A stretch of 63,994 bases of DNA, the filler included, from Octopus bimaculoides (lineage: Eukaryota), in assembly GCF_001194135.2 (NCBI RefSeq). It is 6 parts of 6 records of this genome, joined end to end, with 100 filler letters (N's around TTAATTAATTAA, not from the genome) between each part and the next. Parts side by side here need not be neighbours in the genome. Positions count along the whole stretch, not along the records: positions 61,595 to 62,795 come from NC_068984.1; positions 62,896 to 63,994 come from NC_068995.1; 4 more parts are not named here. One strand, 5' to 3'. Positions 61,697-63,994 of the stretch are shown here, piece after piece; position 1 is the stretch's first letter, and every line of letters starts with the position of its first letter. The position numbers and the translations under genes were made by a program. A model generated the notes under the pieces. It was not told the DNA's origin, searched no databases, and was given only the letters and a program-made list of their open reading frames with translations.

Positions 61697-61789
61697 ATTT
61701 ATTTATTTATTTATTTATGGGTTTCAGCCAAGTGGCTGCGGCCATGCTGGAGCACCACCGTGATCTCTTCACGTTCCCTGCATGGTTCT

Positions 61790-61965
61790 TCTCCCCCACC
61801 TGATATGGACCAATCAAGAGTTTTGATGGCACATTTGGTGTATAAGAGAATTCGACATCGCTGCCCTAAACTGCGTCTCATTTCGAGCCATTGGTTCGTC
61901 TGGTATCGTGGAGAGGAAAGCGTCGAGTTTTGTCTTGAAGACCTCCGCATCCATGTCTTGCACGG
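61790..61965 (-). mobile_element. 3' end of a CR1/L2-group LINE
   Basis: DAEVFKTKLDAFLSTIPDEPMARNETQFRAAMSNSLIHQM matches the FK..LD.FL..IPDEP...RAA.SNSL C-terminal pattern. Confidence 0.65.
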
Positions 61966-62795
61966 GTATGGTCATTTGATGAGAATGGATGAGGATAGTT
62001 GTGTGAAAAAATGCCAAACCCTAGCGGTTGAGGGAACCCGTGGAAGAGGTAGACCTAGGAAGACCTGGGATGAGGTGGTGAAGCACGACCTTCAACATTA
62101 GGCCTCACTGAGGCAATGACTAGTGACTGAGACCTTTGGAAATATGCTGTGTTTGAGAAGACCCGAGCAAGACAAATGAGACCATAACCCGTGGCCTTTA
62201 CCAGGGGAGTAGCCAGCCCACTTATGCATACCTTTCCTTCTTTGGACACAAAACCCTGCTTGCGAAGACCTGCTGAGGCAGACAAAATCGAAATTGAACC
62301 AAATTCGATGACTGGCACCCATGCCAACCTTCCTTCATTGGACACTAAACACAGCTTGCGAAAACATGTTCGGGCAAGTGAGATCGAAACTGAACCAAAT
62401 TCGATGACTGGCACCCATGCCAGTGGAGCGCTAACAGCACCATCCGACCAGGATCACTGCTCAAAGAATCATTTGAACGCAATCGTTTCCAGTTTCGCCT
62501 TACTGGCACTTGTGCCAGTGGCATGTGAACAAAACATTGGACTGACTTCTGTGCAGGTGGCACGTAAAAAACACCATTTCAGAGTGGCCATTGCCAGTAC
62601 CGACGGACAGGTTTTCATGTCGGTGGCACATAAAAACCACCCACTACACTGTCGGAGTGGTTGGCATTAGGAAGGGCATCCAGCTGTAGAAACTCTACCA
62701 GATCAGATTTGAGTCTGGTGTAGCCATCTGGTTCGCCAGTCCCCAGTCAAATCATCCAACCCTTGCTAGCATGGAAGGCGGACGTTAAATGATGA
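61966..62795 (+). mobile_element. 5'-truncated RTE-clade LINE: ORF C-terminus, about 630-nt 3' UTR and (TGA)n tail
   Basis: YGHLMRMDEDSCVKKCQTLAVEGTRGRGRPRKTWDEVVKHDL, then LGLTEAMTSD*DLWKYAV; ends GGACGTTAAATGATGA at a gap. Confidence 0.85.
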
Positions 62796-63275
62796 NNNNN
62801 NNNNNNNNNNNNNNNNNNNNNNNNNNNNNNNNNNNNNNNTTAATTAATTAANNNNNNNNNNNNNNNNNNNNNNNNNNNNNNNNNNNNNNNNNNNNTATAT
62901 ATATATATATATATGGGTAGAAATATATGTTTGTGGGTGTGCAAATTAATCTCTGCGTGTGAGCGCGCGTGCACGTGTGTTTATAAATGTGTATACACAG
63001 AAGCCATTGTGCAGCTACATCTTTATATCTGCGGCTAATGGAAAAAAAAGATGACAAAATGTGAGTGAGGGTGAGAAATAAAAGAGAAAGAAAAAAACAT
63101 TGATATATCGAGAACAAGATAAGCAAGTAAAAATAGATATATAAAATAGAGGGATTTACAAATTTTGAATATTATGATGATAAAAAAAAATGCGGAGAAA
63201 GAATACATTATTTCATATCATGTAACATATCTCTTTCCATGTAATGTACTTGAATTGCTAGTTTTCTGCTGGCAG

Positions 63276-63342
63276 GAAACCAGTTTTAACAATTACATAA
63301 TATCAGATCGTATGGAGTGGGTCAAGGCCAGGCTTGCTCACC
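63276..63342 (+). CDS. Weak candidate internal exon (ETSFNNYIISDRMEWVKARLAH)
   Basis: Acceptor TTTTCTGCTGGCAG, donor CACC|GTAAGG, only one open frame (phase 0-1), in unique sequence. Confidence 0.2.
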
Positions 63343-63994
63343 GTAAGGCAGTTTGTATGTATTAAACAATCAATGAAATATAGAAAGCTCCGGTATCATG
63401 CTTTATCCATGCATTATATATGTGTGTATGTATATATGTATGTATATTGGTGTGTGCATGTGAGTATGTGTGTGTGTTTGTGTTTGTCTATTTCTATATA
63501 CTATGAAGGTATACATATGTGTGTATATATATATATATATATATTCTGTGTAGAGATGGGCCTACAAATCCTTTTTCTCCGAAAGGAAAGTATTTAGTGG
63601 TGTTTTCATTTAATTTCGTCTCCGTAGCCCAGTTTAGACTTTAGTGAATTGATTTTAGATTAAATTTGCTAATACAGGAGTCACTTTGACATCATTTCCA
63701 ACTCATATAACACCATCCCTGTCTTGTATTGTCCATTAGGGAGACATGCGATTTTTTGCCTCAGTATGAGAATCCTGATAATGTTTTATATATGCACCTA
63801 CCTACTATGATTTCCTTTATACAAGGTTCTCAGCAATAAGAAACACTTAAGGTATTTCTATTGAATATATTATCTAAGACTAGCTTTAAGTCTCTATTCA
63901 CTAAACTAAGAAATTTTTGATGTTCAGAATTAGAGGGGTGTGAATCACAGCTGTTTTCGCTGTCATTTTCTCATGGTGGGCTTTGGATCGGCTA

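Noticed and set aside
1-63994. CRISPR arrays, rRNA genes, prokaryotic operons
   Set aside because: None seen: there is no regularly spaced repeat-spacer structure, and the window is eukaryotic intron/TE sequence.

Overview
Eukaryotic, AT-rich, microsatellite- and gap-rich animal scaffold. The tRNA-derived SINE families and repeat landscape point to an octopus (inference: Octopus, probably O. bimaculoides; confirm by BLASTN). No prokaryotic features or CRISPR arrays are present, and most entries in the ORF track are low-complexity or gap noise. One spliced host gene is well supported on the + strand: phase-compatible exons at 42766-42864, 45159-45269 and 48252-48445 encode a complete PDZ domain followed directly by the first three strands of a PH domain (PDZPH1-like architecture), with a probable upstream exon ending at 36217. 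The rest is mostly transposon debris: several SINE families, Tx1/L1-like, R4/Dong, HERO-like, RTE, CR1/L2-like and Penelope retroelements, plus mariner/Tc1, piggyBac, hAT and long-TIR DNA elements. The main leads are: a decayed minimal type-I hammerhead ribozyme (40733-40822, - strand); a CpG-decay domain that coincides with the gene body; inverted SINE pairs next to the coding exons (candidate ADAR substrates); an AG|GTAAGT recursive-splice-like site; RFX X-box motifs at the putative promoter and in two transposon TIR families; and a SINE with an internal microsatellite that hosts several assembly gaps. TE boundaries are approximate unless a TSD or TIR is quoted. Nothing was checked by database search.
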